Assembly: GCA_016699205.1 (NCBI GenBank)
Contig: CP064964.1
Location: 540,001-572,000, forward strand
DNA length: 32,000 nucleotides
Source of the DNA: Candidatus Saccharimonadota bacterium
GTDB taxonomy: Bacteria; Patescibacteriota; Patescibacteriia; 2-12-FULL-60-25
Reading direction: 5' to 3'
In this document: piece after piece, positions 23,380 through 31,780 of the stretch
Numbering within the stretch: position 1 is the first letter of the stretch
How the letters are laid out: every line of letters starts with the position of its first letter
Translations under genes and position numbers: made by a program
The notes under the pieces: model-generated
Database searches by the model: none
Told to the model about the DNA's origin: nothing
The model's input: the letters and a program-made list of their open reading frames with translations, nothing else

Positions 23380-23408
23380 TTGACATTTTGGCTAAAATCT
23401 GGTAATAA
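23380..23408 (+). promoter_or_regulatory. Promoter for 23436..23891
   Basis: TTGACA (23380-23385), a 17-nt spacer, then TAATAA (23403-23408). AAGGAGG lies 5 nt before the GTG at 23436. Confidence 0.6.
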
Positions 23409-23435
23409 ATTACTGTTCCTTCCAAGGAGGATAGC

Positions 23436-23891
23436 GTGCAAAAGCGTAGCAGTTCGCAGCCCGAACGCATCGACTCGATCATCTCGAGAATGACCATCGG
23501 TGGGCGGCGGATCGCCCCCGACAGCCCGCAGGGGCCCTGCTCCCTGTGCGGCCACGAGACCACGCACGCGACCAGCATCAAGGTCGACGAGGAGCGCGCG
23601 CATTTCAGCTGCCGCGAGAAGGCGCGTGCAAGTGCGATCTCCAAGCTCATGCTCGAGCGCGACTTCCTGTCCGTGTCGGAAGCTCTCGGCAAGGAGGGCG
23701 TACTCTTCCGCCGCCTCGAGGAGCGGCTCATGCCGTACATCAACAAGCCCTCGGGCGAGTCGCTGTGCCGCATGATCACGTTCTGCCTCAAGGAGATCGG
23801 CAACGATCCCTCGATCCGCGCCGAGCGCAAGACCTACCTGCGCCTCTGGCTCGAGGACATCCGCGGACGCTATCTCCCGACCACCAACTGA
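23436..23891 (+). CDS. Hypothetical protein, very GC-rich orphan (151 aa)
   Basis: It has a GTG start with a strong SD. The product is MQKRSSSQPERIDSIISRMTIGGRRIAPDSPQGPCSLCGHETTHATSIKVDEERAHFSC... with a possible C-x2-C...C metal site. One hand-counted 60-nt line (23521-23580) gave 43/60 G+C. The overlapping ORFs at 23500 and 23546 are off-frame artefacts. Confidence 0.6.
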   Translation: MQKRSSSQPERIDSIISRMTIGGRRIAPDSPQGPCSLCGHETTHATSIKVDEERAHFSCREKARASAISKLMLERDFLSVSEALGKEGVLFRRLEERLMPYINKPSGESLCRMITFCLKEIGNDPSIRAERKTYLRLWLEDIRGRYLPTTN

Positions 23892-23911
23892 CGTCGACGA
23901 ACTCGTCGACG

Positions 23912-23960
23912 AAACGACCCCGATCGCTTTCCAGCGTCGGGGTCGTTTACGTTTTTCTTT
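23912..23960. terminator. Bidirectional terminator (preceded by a second 9-bp hairpin at 23892-23911)
   Basis: AAACGACCCCGA-13 nt-TCGGGGTCGTTT is followed by ACGTTTTTCTTTATTTTTATT. Confidence 0.75.
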
Positions 23961-23974
23961 ATTTTTATTGATGT

Positions 23975-24832
23975 TTAGCCTTCAAGACGGCGCACCATAC
24001 CGAGATTTAACTCGATATCGCGAATTTGCTCGCTGGTTTTTCTTAACACCTTGTAGAGCTCGCCCATATGACTTTCCGCAATCTTGCGGGACTCTGTCGT
24101 CAAGAAATGCTCACTTGCTGCGTCCTTGCCGCTAAAAAATGGTTTCGCGTGGGTTTCCTCGATGAGTTCGTCGATCATTTTCTCGGTTTGCGCTGCTTCT
24201 TCTCGTAATTGAGCTTCTTTCGTTTGAAGCTCGATCGAGGATTTGCGCTTTTGCATAGCAGGGCCGAGCTCAAGGACATACTCATCATCTGACATGAGCG
24301 CATCCCACTCTTCCGGCTTGGGTACAAGAATCTCTTCTCCGCGTCCAATCGCAACAAAGTTTTCTTTAAATAACGGTTCCAGCGTCTTTTTATGCAAGGC
24401 TAGCAACGATTTTTGCTTTTCATCGAGCGCGCGGATTTTTTCACGCGTCGAATTATTTACTTCTGCGCCCATTTTATGGATATCGCGTGCAATGGATTCT
24501 TCCTCAGCGATCTTGCGTGAAAGATCGTTCATTTTGGCGAGCATTTGTTCTCGCATTTCATCAGCGGTAAGAACTTCCATTTCCGGGAGCATGGATTCTT
24601 CCAAACGCGCATCGATTTGTTTTCTATCGAGCTCTTCACGCGTGCGACGGCCGCTTACATCCAATTGGACATCGGATTTTGAACGCGACATCGCGGCGTC
24701 GAACATGTCTTCATCACGTTCGCCGGTCTTTGGTTTTTGCTTACTAAGATATTTTGAAGCAAGTTCCCCATGCTTCATCATCTGTTCCCGCGTGCCAAAG
24801 GACTCGTTTTTCATACAATAACATAATACCAT
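23975..24832 (-). CDS. Hypothetical coiled-coil protein (285 aa)
   Basis: It is a long charged helical protein rich in E, K, R and L, with no recognisable motif. GAGGG lies 7 nt before the ATG at 24832. An alternative start is ATG 24814. Confidence 0.6.
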   Translation of the reverse strand: MVLCYCMKNESFGTREQMMKHGELASKYLSKQKPKTGERDEDMFDAAMSRSKSDVQLDVSGRRTREELDRKQIDARLEESMLPEMEVLTADEMREQMLAKMNDLSRKIAEEESIARDIHKMGAEVNNSTREKIRALDEKQKSLLALHKKTLEPLFKENFVAIGRGEEILVPKPEEWDALMSDDEYVLELGPAMQKRKSSIELQTKEAQLREEAAQTEKMIDELIEETHAKPFFSGKDAASEHFLTTESRKIAESHMGELYKVLRKTSEQIRDIELNLGMVRRLEG

Positions 24833-24887
24833 TTTTTGACCCTCTCGTCAAAAAGACCGCAACACAAATAAAAAAATCCTGTTCACA

Positions 24888-24974
24888 TGGTGGGCGGGGA
24901 GAGAATCGAACTCTCATGACCTTGCGATCGCTGGTACCTGAAACCAGTGCGTCTACCAATTCCGCCACTCGCCC
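24888..24974 (-). tRNA. tRNA-Leu, anticodon CAG, CCA encoded (class II, long variable arm)
   Basis: The reverse complement is GGGCGAG TGGCGGAATTGGTAGACGCA CTGGT TTCAGGT ACCAG CGATCGCAAGGTCAT GAGAGTTCGATTCTCTC CCCGCCC A CCA. There is one A-C mismatch in the acceptor stem. The D-arm is near-identical to known bacterial tRNA-Leu. Confidence 0.85.
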
Positions 24975-25060
24975 CCCATGTACTCAAGATTTTTTGCGAC
25001 ACCCTGCAAAAATTGTCTGGCAAGCTTGCCGTGTTTTTAACGAGAGGTCAAGCTAAGGCT

Positions 25061-25783
25061 ATGCCTAGCGGTTTTCCCGAGTTTTCAGCGATTATTCCGG
25101 CTTTTAATGAAGCTGGAAGAATTGCGACGGCCGTCTTGGATACAAAACGTGTTCTTGGAGAGAGCGCGCAAATCATTGTTGTTGATGATGGATCGACGGA
25201 CTCGACCTCGGATGAAGCGCGTGGTGCGGGAGCGAGCGTGATTCGACATGAATCGAATCGCGGGAAAGGCGCAGCGGTAAAAACGGGAGCGCTCGCATCA
25301 ACAAGTAAATGGATTCTTGTTTTAGACGCCGATCTCTCGACACATCCGCGTGAACTGCAATCTTTTCATCGCGCCATCGAACAAAGCGATCTTATTTTTG
25401 GCTCGCGTCGAGCAACTGGCGCACATATCACTACACAGCAACCTTGGTATCGCGTGAAAGCCGGGCAACTCTTTAATTGGATGATGCGCCAAGCTAGCGG
25501 ACTTCCCTATCACGATACGCAATGCGGTTTCAAAGTATTCCGCATGGAGACTTGCCGGATCCTTTTTGAAACGATGACGACGGAAGGCTGGAGCTTTGAT
25601 GTTGAGCTCTTGATGCGAGCAAAACAAGCTGACTTGCGATTGATGGAGCTCCCCGTCACTTGGAGCCATGTTGAAGGAAGTAAGGTTAAATTTAGCCATG
25701 CTCCGCGAATCTTGCTGGATTTGTGGTATTTACGGCGGGCTATCGGCCCAAAAAGTTGGCTTGACGGTACAGCCAAAAACTGA
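25061..25783 (+). CDS. Family 2 glycosyltransferase (dolichyl/polyprenyl-phosphate glycosyltransferase-like)
   Basis: From the ATG at 25061 the product reads MPSGFPEFSAIIPAFNEAGRIATAV...IIVVDDGSTDST...NRGKGAAVKTG...VLDADLS. The track ORF from 24947 overlaps the tRNA. Confidence 0.85.
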   Translation: MPSGFPEFSAIIPAFNEAGRIATAVLDTKRVLGESAQIIVVDDGSTDSTSDEARGAGASVIRHESNRGKGAAVKTGALASTSKWILVLDADLSTHPRELQSFHRAIEQSDLIFGSRRATGAHITTQQPWYRVKAGQLFNWMMRQASGLPYHDTQCGFKVFRMETCRILFETMTTEGWSFDVELLMRAKQADLRLMELPVTWSHVEGSKVKFSHAPRILLDLWYLRRAIGPKSWLDGTAKN

Positions 25784-25926
25784 TATTATGCTTGTTGTAA
25801 CGCATTTCGGAGGCAATCGGACATCGGTCGGATTCCCGCGAAAGTCGTGACGCCAATTTAAGAGTTACAGACCTGCAAAACGCGTTTTTTGGGCGTTTTG
25901 CCTAATCGTTTCGTATCAATTCCAAC

Positions 25927-27957
25927 ATGGAAAACAATCAAACACCGCAGAGCAAGCCACCTGCCGGACGCCCATTTAGCGGCGGCGGCCGAGGCGGCAG
26001 CCGTGGCGGATCCAGGGGCGGTCGATCACTTTTCGACAAGCCTATCCCAACCCGCACCCAAGCCAAACCGCTTGGTGCTCAGTTTAAAGCTACCGAAAGC
26101 CAAAGCCTAAAACAGGGCTTTGCTAAAGAAGAAGGTCCGGTCGGTCCATCTGACAAGCATGAGGTCAAGAAACATGGCGGCGGAAAGAATCGCCGCATGG
26201 GCGGTGCTTTTGAAGCCATGCCGCGCATGTCGACCTTCAAGAACAAGCCACATCTTAAGACAGGAACGGACACCGATATTCTTGAACCTGGCAGTGATCG
26301 CTTGAAGGTCGCTGTTCTCGGTGGAAATGAAGAGGTCGGCCGTAACTGTACGATGCTGGAATACGGCAATGACATTATTCTCATCGACCTTGGTCTTCAG
26401 TTTCCGGATGACGATATGCCGGGCGTCGATTACATCGTTCCGAACATCTCTAGCTTGAAAGGCAAGGAAAAGAATGTTCGCGGCATCATCATTACGCATG
26501 CGCACTATGACCACATCGGCGGTATTCCGCATTTGGCTCCGAAGCTCAATAATCCTCCGATTTTTGGAACCGATTTGACCTGCGGCATTATTGCCAAGCG
26601 TCAGGAAGATCATAAGGACAAGCCGCGCTTGAATTTATTCTCCGTAAAATCGGATGACGTAATTCAACTTGGGCAGTTCAAGATCGAATTCTTTGGCGTT
26701 GCGCACTCGATCCCCTCTTCTATGGGTGTGATCGTGACGACTCCGGCCGGTATCATCGTCCACCCGGCTCCGTTTACTATAGAAGAAAGGCCGGGCGCAC
26801 AGTCCAAGCAGGATACGGAAAAAATCAAAGCGCTTGGTGAACGCGGAGTGCTCGCACTTATGTGTGACTCGACCAATGCCTCCAAGCCCGGTCGTCAGAT
26901 TGCGGAACAGGTTATTCAGACTAACATCGACGAGATCATCAAGAATGCCAAAGGCCGCGTTATTATTGGTACGTTTGCGTCGATGATCGCGCGTGTTCAG
27001 CAGATTATCAAAGCTTGTGAACGCCAAGGACGCAAAGTTGCGATCGAAGGCTTCTCGATGCGTTCCAACATCCTGATCGCCCAGCAGTTGGGTTACATGG
27101 ATATTCAGAAAGGTACGCTGATCGATACAAAGGACATCAGCAAGTATCCGCGCGAGAAAACGGCCGTCGTTTGTACCGGAGCACAAGGCGAGGAACGTGC
27201 CGTGCTTATGCGCATCGCGAATCACGAGCATCCGATTCTCTCGATTGAACCAGGAGATTCCATTGTGTTCTCAAGCTCGATTATTCCGGGCAATGAACGC
27301 TCGGTGCAGCGCGTGAAAGATACCTTGTATCGTGAAGGTGCGGATGTCATTCACTACAAGATGATGGACGTTCACGCCGGTGGACACGCCCAGCAGGATG
27401 ACTTGAAGGAAATCCACGATTGGATCAAGCCAAAATATCTTATTCCGATCGAGGGTCACTACTCGTTCTTGTGCGATCACGCCAAGGTCGCGATTGAAAA
27501 CGGATTTAATCCGAAAAATATCTTCATCGCTGACAACGGTCAGATCATGGAGTTCGACAAACAAGGCAACGGAATGTTGACCAACAAGAAGCTTGAGACG
27601 GGCTATGTGTTCGTCGATGGTCTCGGCGTTGGAAACACCAACCAGATTGTTCTGCGCGATCGTCAGCAGCTTGCCGGAGATGGCGTCGTCGTCCTTGTTG
27701 CGGTCGTTGATGGACGCACGGGTCAGCCAGTCGCGAGTCCGGATATTATTTCCCGCGGTTTCGTCTATATGAAAGAGCATCTTGAACTTATCCAGGCTAG
27801 CCGCGTGAAAGCGACGGCTATCCTGAAGAGCATGGATGCCAAAGGACCGCCGGATATGGCCTACGTGAAAGACAAGCTGCGCGATGAAATGGGAGAATTC
27901 CTGTTCGTCAAAACAGAGCTTCGTCCGATGGTGATTCCGGTGATTATTGAGGTTTAA
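25927..27957 (+). CDS. rnj: Ribonuclease J homologue with a ~125-aa basic RGG-rich N-terminal extension
   Basis: Metallo-beta-lactamase/beta-CASP motifs are ITHAHYDHIGG, GVAHSIPSS, LMCDSTNA and DVHAGGHAQQDDL. The alignment is collinear with B. subtilis RNase J1 from memory. The N-terminus reads PAGRPFSGGGRGGSRGGSRGGRSLF. Confidence 0.85.
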   Translation: MENNQTPQSKPPAGRPFSGGGRGGSRGGSRGGRSLFDKPIPTRTQAKPLGAQFKATESQSLKQGFAKEEGPVGPSDKHEVKKHGGGKNRRMGGAFEAMPRMSTFKNKPHLKTGTDTDILEPGSDRLKVAVLGGNEEVGRNCTMLEYGNDIILIDLGLQFPDDDMPGVDYIVPNISSLKGKEKNVRGIIITHAHYDHIGGIPHLAPKLNNPPIFGTDLTCGIIAKRQEDHKDKPRLNLFSVKSDDVIQLGQFKIEFFGVAHSIPSSMGVIVTTPAGIIVHPAPFTIEERPGAQSKQDTEKIKALGERGVLALMCDSTNASKPGRQIAEQVIQTNIDEIIKNAKGRVIIGTFASMIARVQQIIKACERQGRKVAIEGFSMRSNILIAQQLGYMDIQKGTLIDTKDISKYPREKTAVVCTGAQGEERAVLMRIANHEHPILSIEPGDSIVFSSSIIPGNERSVQRVKDTLYREGADVIHYKMMDVHAGGHAQQDDLKEIHDWIKPKYLIPIEGHYSFLCDHAKVAIENGFNPKNIFIADNGQIMEFDKQGNGMLTNKKLETGYVFVDGLGVGNTNQIVLRDRQQLAGDGVVVLVAVVDGRTGQPVASPDIISRGFVYMKEHLELIQASRVKATAILKSMDAKGPPDMAYVKDKLRDEMGEFLFVKTELRPMVIPVIIEV

Positions 27958-27967
27958 GACCACCTCA

Positions 27968-28006
27968 CCCCCTCTCCTTCGTAAGGAGAGGGGGTTTTGG
28001 TTTTAA
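27968..28006 (+). terminator. rnj terminator
   Basis: CCCCCTCTCCTT-CGT-AAGGAGAGGGGG is followed by TTTTGGTTTT. Confidence 0.8.
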
Positions 28007-28056
28007 TATAAAAATAAACGCAAAACTAGCCTTTTTGTCAATCAAATAAAACACCT

Positions 28057-28087
28057 AAAACTAGCCCCGTTATGCGGGGCTAGTTTC
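28057..28087. terminator. Terminator of 28108..28533
   Basis: The sequence is AAAA-CTAGCCCCG-TTAT-GCGGGGCTAG-TTT. Confidence 0.7.
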
Positions 28088-28107
28088 TATGAAAAACGCT
28101 GCTTCTG

Positions 28108-28533
28108 CTAGCTTAAGGCTTTTTCAATACGTTTATCCGTATGTGCAATAATTTTGGAGTATTGATCAGCCAATTTGTCGTCTAGATAGTCTTTGGTGAC
28201 CATGCGCGATTCCACGCGGTTAATACGAAACTCCATCTTATCTGACTGATCGGCCAACTCGCGAATAGCCTCCATAGTTTCCATATGTACCCCATCAATC
28301 TTCCCATCCAGGCTCGCAACCTTCCCATCCAAGTTCGCTATCTTCCCATCCAGGCTCGCAACCTTCCCATCCAAGTTCGCTATCTTCCCATCCAGGCTCG
28401 CAACCTTCCCATCCAACCCTTCAATTTTCCCGTCGATCTTCGAAAAACCCGTATCCATCTTTTCATTAAGACGGTTTAACTCTTTAAGGATCTCTCGGTT
28501 GGAAACATCGTTCGGCGAGGTTTTCATTTTCAT
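28108..28533 (-). CDS. Coiled-coil protein with LDGK(V/I)A(S/N) heptad tandem repeats (141 aa)
   Basis: GGAG lies 8 nt before the ATG at 28533. The product is MKMKTSPNDVSNREILKELNRLNEKMDTGFSKIDGKIEGLDGKVASLDGKIANLDGKVASLDGKIANLDGKVASLDGKIDG... Confidence 0.7.
   Translation of the reverse strand: MKMKTSPNDVSNREILKELNRLNEKMDTGFSKIDGKIEGLDGKVASLDGKIANLDGKVASLDGKIANLDGKVASLDGKIDGVHMETMEAIRELADQSDKMEFRINRVESRMVTKDYLDDKLADQYSKIIAHTDKRIEKALS
28300..28404. repeat. Perfect tandem repeat, 42-bp unit x 2.5 (alternating 21-mers), inside 28108..28533
   Basis: CTTCCCATCCAGGCTCGCAAC and CTTCCCATCCAAGTTCGCTAT alternate as A-B-A-B-A with no mismatch. Degenerate copies flank the block on both sides. Confidence 0.95.
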
Positions 28534-28590
28534 ATGATACACTCCGTTCCACTTTTTGCCTGCCCAGTCAAGTGGATAACCAAAAGAAGA

Positions 28591-28620
28591 AGCGCCCCTG
28601 CACAGTTGTGCGGGGGCGCT
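28591..28620 (-). terminator. Hairpin after 28624..29277
   Basis: AGCGCCCCTGCACA-GT-TGTGCGGGGGCGCT lies immediately past the stop codon. The minus-strand continuation is TTCTTCTTTTGG. Confidence 0.65.
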
Positions 28621-28623
28621 TTC

Positions 28624-29277
28624 TTAGTCTTGCGGCACAATGCCAAGGAGGAAGACCTCGCGGTCGGTGACGAGGTCGAGGCTGAGGACGTGCTCGGGGG
28701 CGCCGCTTGGGTACCAGGTGCGGTAGCTGGGGAAGCACCAGCTAAAACCCTCCATGTCCGTGCTCACGGTGCCGGGAGCCAGGATGATGAAATGCTCGCT
28801 GATGTCGCGATAGGCGGTCACGAAACCGAGCAGTTGCTCGAGCGTCCCGGAGCCGAGTCCTTCCGCGTGAAGACGGGCAACGATCTCTGGACCATTGAAC
28901 GTATTCAGAGATGCTGGCAAAAGTCTGCCACGGACATTCTTCTTGATGTGCGCCGTGCGCTCCGTATTGGGCGCGAGCCTCATTACACGTTCCGGATACC
29001 AACCCTCGGTGACCGTAGCCTTACGGTAAAGGCGGCTACCGAGATGCTCGGGGACATCAAAGACGAATTCCTTGCCGACCGGACGCTCAGGCTTGGAGCG
29101 ATTTGATTTGTGCAAAGATTTCATCGCGTTGATGGCCGCCACGCTCAGGCTCTTGTTGCTAAGCATGGCGTCGACGAGATCCTTGTCCAGCCCGCTATCG
29201 ACCAACAAGTCCAACCAATCGATGATCCAGTCGAGTGTCAGGCGCTTGCGTAGGGCAATCCGATCCGTCGTTCCCAT
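28624..29277 (-). CDS. Hypothetical protein, distant ninth copy of the island module, GC-rich (217 aa from ATG 29277)
   Basis: The C-terminal half ...GPEIVARLHAEGLGSGTLEQLLGFVTAYRDISEHFIILAPGT...LSLDLVTDREVFLLGIVPQD* follows the same order of elements as cassette B module 1 and cassette E. One hand-counted line (28681-28740) gave 42/60 G+C. The track TTG start at 29334 is itself a TTGACA hexamer. Confidence 0.6.
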   Translation of the reverse strand: MGTTDRIALRKRLTLDWIIDWLDLLVDSGLDKDLVDAMLSNKSLSVAAINAMKSLHKSNRSKPERPVGKEFVFDVPEHLGSRLYRKATVTEGWYPERVMRLAPNTERTAHIKKNVRGRLLPASLNTFNGPEIVARLHAEGLGSGTLEQLLGFVTAYRDISEHFIILAPGTVSTDMEGFSWCFPSYRTWYPSGAPEHVLSLDLVTDREVFLLGIVPQD

Positions 29278-29385
29278 TTGGTCCCCTTTGAATGAACCGC
29301 CGTTTACGTTTCCGTATTTCCCTTGTTTTGTCAATCGTTCGCTTGAGTTTGGCTATTCCTCCGCCTTTCGTTACCATACCCGCAT

Positions 29386-30378
29386 ATGAAAGACTTGGTG
29401 TTTTCCGGAGTTCAGCCGACGAGCCAGCTGCATCTCGGCAACTACATTGGCGCGCTGAAGCAGTGGGCTCCGATACAGCATGATCATAAGTGCCTGTTCT
29501 GTATTGTCGACCTGCATGCAATTACGGTTCCGCAGGAGCCAAAGGAATTGCGCCAGAATATTCTTGATGTAGCCGCCGCATATCTTGCGAGCGGCATCGA
29601 TCCAAAACGCTCAACGATTTTTGTACAGAGCGAAGTTCCGGAACATGCGGAGCTTGGTTGGATTTTGGGTACACTTACCAAGATGGGAGAACTGGAACGC
29701 ATGACGCAGTTCAAAGATAAATCAGCGAAGGGCGGTGCGGAACGAGCGGGAGCAGGATTGTTTACGTATCCGGCACTCATGGCGGCTGATATTCTTTTGT
29801 ACGATACGAGCGCGGTTCCGGTTGGCGAGGATCAGATGCAGCATTTGGAGCTGGCTCGCGTGCTTGCTCGCCGCTTTAATGAGCGTTTTGGTGACACATT
29901 CCAGATTCCTCAGGCTTGGATTCAAAAGCATGGCGCTCGCATCATGAGTTTGCAGGATGCGACCAAGAAGATGAGCAAGAGCGATCCTTCAGATACATCC
30001 AAAATTTTGCTTTCCGACAGTGCCGACATCATCCGCAAGAAAATCATGCGTGCTGTGACGGATACAGCTGGCGGAATTACGTATGACATCGACAAAAAAC
30101 CGGCGGTTTCGAATTTGATGACGATTTATCATCATGTGACCGGTGCCACGATGAAGCAGATTGAGTCGGAGTTTGAAGGCAAGGGGTATGGCGACTTCAA
30201 GAAAGCTTTGGCAGAGGCGGTTGTTGCCCATCTTGAGCCCGTGACCAAGCGCATGCAGGAATTCCAGAGTGATCCGCATGAGCTCATGCGCATTCTCGAT
30301 GCAGGCCGTGAAACAGCACAGGGCTTGGCAGCTGAAAAAATAAAACTGGTGCGCAACCGTGTCGGATTAGGCAGATAG
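29386..30378 (+). CDS. trpS: Tryptophan--tRNA ligase
   Basis: The class I signatures are GVQPTSQLHLGNYIGA (HIGH-type) and KMSKS (KKMSKSD). At 330 aa the size is typical of TrpRS. Confidence 0.95.
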   Translation: MKDLVFSGVQPTSQLHLGNYIGALKQWAPIQHDHKCLFCIVDLHAITVPQEPKELRQNILDVAAAYLASGIDPKRSTIFVQSEVPEHAELGWILGTLTKMGELERMTQFKDKSAKGGAERAGAGLFTYPALMAADILLYDTSAVPVGEDQMQHLELARVLARRFNERFGDTFQIPQAWIQKHGARIMSLQDATKKMSKSDPSDTSKILLSDSADIIRKKIMRAVTDTAGGITYDIDKKPAVSNLMTIYHHVTGATMKQIESEFEGKGYGDFKKALAEAVVAHLEPVTKRMQEFQSDPHELMRILDAGRETAQGLAAEKIKLVRNRVGLGR

Positions 30379-30382
30379 CAAG

Positions 30383-30417
30383 AAAAAAAATACCCCGACG
30401 TATCGGGGTATTTTTTT
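30383..30417. terminator. Bidirectional terminator
   Basis: AAAAAAAATACCCCGA-CGTA-TCGGGGTATTTTTTT lies between convergent trpS and the cyclase gene. Confidence 0.85.
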
Positions 30418-31780
30418 ATTTCTTTGTCATGACCCAGGCGCCGTTCCAGTCAGCCGGAGGAGGCGTTTCTTGATAGATATGACAACGCTCAAGGAGATGC
30501 TGCGTCGTGAGATCGTCCGGCTTGATCTGGAGAAGATTCTCGCATTCTGCGGCGGCTTCTGTGAAGTTGCGGCCGTAATAATGGTTCAGAGCTGTTTCAA
30601 ATTGTTTGGCGAATTTGATGTGGCTATCCTCGACTTCACCAGCCATGCCAAGCACTTGGAAGATACGTACCGGTTCTTTTTTGCCTTTGACGGCTACGGA
30701 ATCGAGCTCGCGCGTAATGTAGCTTTCATCAAGCATGTCGAGCGTGTTTTTGGTGATGATGATTTGCACGCCGTACTCCTTACACAAGCTTTCTGTGCGG
30801 CTCGCAAGGTTTACGCTGTCGCCGATAACGGTGTAGTCATAGCGGACATCGGCACCGATGTTGCCGACGACCATATCGCCCGTATTTACACCGACACCCA
30901 CCTTGAGCTCAATGCCTTTTGGAAACGCGCCCTCCTTATTCATCTGTTCAAGTTTATCGCGCATACGGATGGCGGTACGGACGGAGCGTGCGGCGTGGTC
31001 GGCTTGGTCGAGCGGGGCGTTCCAGAAAGCCATGACGGCGTCACCGATGTATTTGTCGAGCACTCCCCCTTCTTCAAAGACGATATTGGTCATCTCATTC
31101 AGGTAGGTATTGAGAACGTCGACCAACTGCTCCGGAGTAAGTCCTTCCGACAAGGTTGTGAAGCCGCGCAGGTCGGAGAAAAGTACAGACATGCGGCGGC
31201 GATCGCCGCCGAGCTTCAAGCGCTCTGGCTCACGAACGAGCTGCTCGACGACGGAAGGTGAAACATAGCGCGTAAAGGCAGCGCGAATTTGCTTGCGCTG
31301 AGCATCGGTTTCCAGCCAGCGCTCGAGCAAGAGACCCATGTAGCCAAAGAAGACAACGAGGGAAATCCAGACGATGTCGAGAACGTAGCCGCGATCAAAG
31401 AGAACAAAAGATGTGATGATCCAGCCAAGCCAAATCACGAGCGCAACGATGGCGCTTGCGCGAGCTTTTACACGAGGGACGAGCAGACCAAGCAAGAGAC
31501 CGACGAGCAGCAACAACAATCCCTGAATCCAGAGCGAGACCGGGACAAGCCATTTGCGCTGTACGAGCGTGTCATAAACCGAGGCATGAATTTCTACGCC
31601 GCTCATCGGGTCGCCAAAGGAGGTGGCGACGTTTTGTTGGTCATGCAAGTCGCGCGCCGTTGCGCCGATGAATACAACCTTATCTTTTAAGCGAGCGGCA
31701 TCAACACGACCTTGGATAACATCCGCAGCAGAGACAATTGGAAAAGCTTTGCGAGGGCTAGCCGGGAAGTTGATCAGCAT
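30416..31780 (-). CDS. CHASE2-domain class III adenylate/guanylate cyclase, C-terminal 454 aa (downstream of a frame break)
   Basis: Features are the end of the CHASE2 domain, three TM helices and the cyclase core, which reads VLFSDLRGFTTLSE...KYIGDAVMAFWNAP...GVNTGDMVVGNIG...YTVIGDSVNLASRTES. Confidence 0.9.
   Translation of the reverse strand: MLINFPASPRKAFPIVSAADVIQGRVDAARLKDKVVFIGATARDLHDQQNVATSFGDPMSGVEIHASVYDTLVQRKWLVPVSLWIQGLLLLLVGLLLGLLVPRVKARASAIVALVIWLGWIITSFVLFDRGYVLDIVWISLVVFFGYMGLLLERWLETDAQRKQIRAAFTRYVSPSVVEQLVREPERLKLGGDRRRMSVLFSDLRGFTTLSEGLTPEQLVDVLNTYLNEMTNIVFEEGGVLDKYIGDAVMAFWNAPLDQADHAARSVRTAIRMRDKLEQMNKEGAFPKGIELKVGVGVNTGDMVVGNIGADVRYDYTVIGDSVNLASRTESLCKEYGVQIIITKNTLDMLDESYITRELDSVAVKGKKEPVRIFQVLGMAGEVEDSHIKFAKQFETALNHYYGRNFTEAAAECENLLQIKPDDLTTQHLLERCHIYQETPPPADWNGAWVMTKK

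Noticed and set aside
24744-24968. A 74-aa minus-strand ORF (MAELVDALVSGTSDRKVMRVRFSPRPP...)
   Set aside because: It is the translation of the tRNA-Leu gene and its flank, a classic tRNA shadow ORF.
25878-25905. AAAACGC-GTTTTTTGG-GCGTTTT upstream of rnj, considered as a terminator or regulatory hairpin
   Set aside because: The stem is only 7 bp and AT-rich and has no supporting context. It could be the GT2 gene terminator, but the evidence is too weak to annotate.
28030-28045. A TTGACA hexamer on the minus strand in the rnj-downstream spacer, considered as a promoter for an antisense or small RNA
   Set aside because: There is no acceptable -10 element at 16-18 nt spacing and no downstream ORF or structure besides the rnj terminator.
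28279-28440. The tandem repeat, considered as a diversity-generating retroelement variable region
   Set aside because: There is no reverse transcriptase and no template-repeat/variable-repeat pair with adenine-specific differences. The copies are identical, not A-mutated.
29278-29334. The TTG start at 29334 for the 28624 gene, as in the ORF track
   Set aside because: The TTG is part of a TTGACA hexamer. The added residues (TKQGKYGNVNGGSFKGDQ) are not convincing. ATG 29277 has an AGGGGA SD-like element upstream, so it was chosen as the start, with low certainty.
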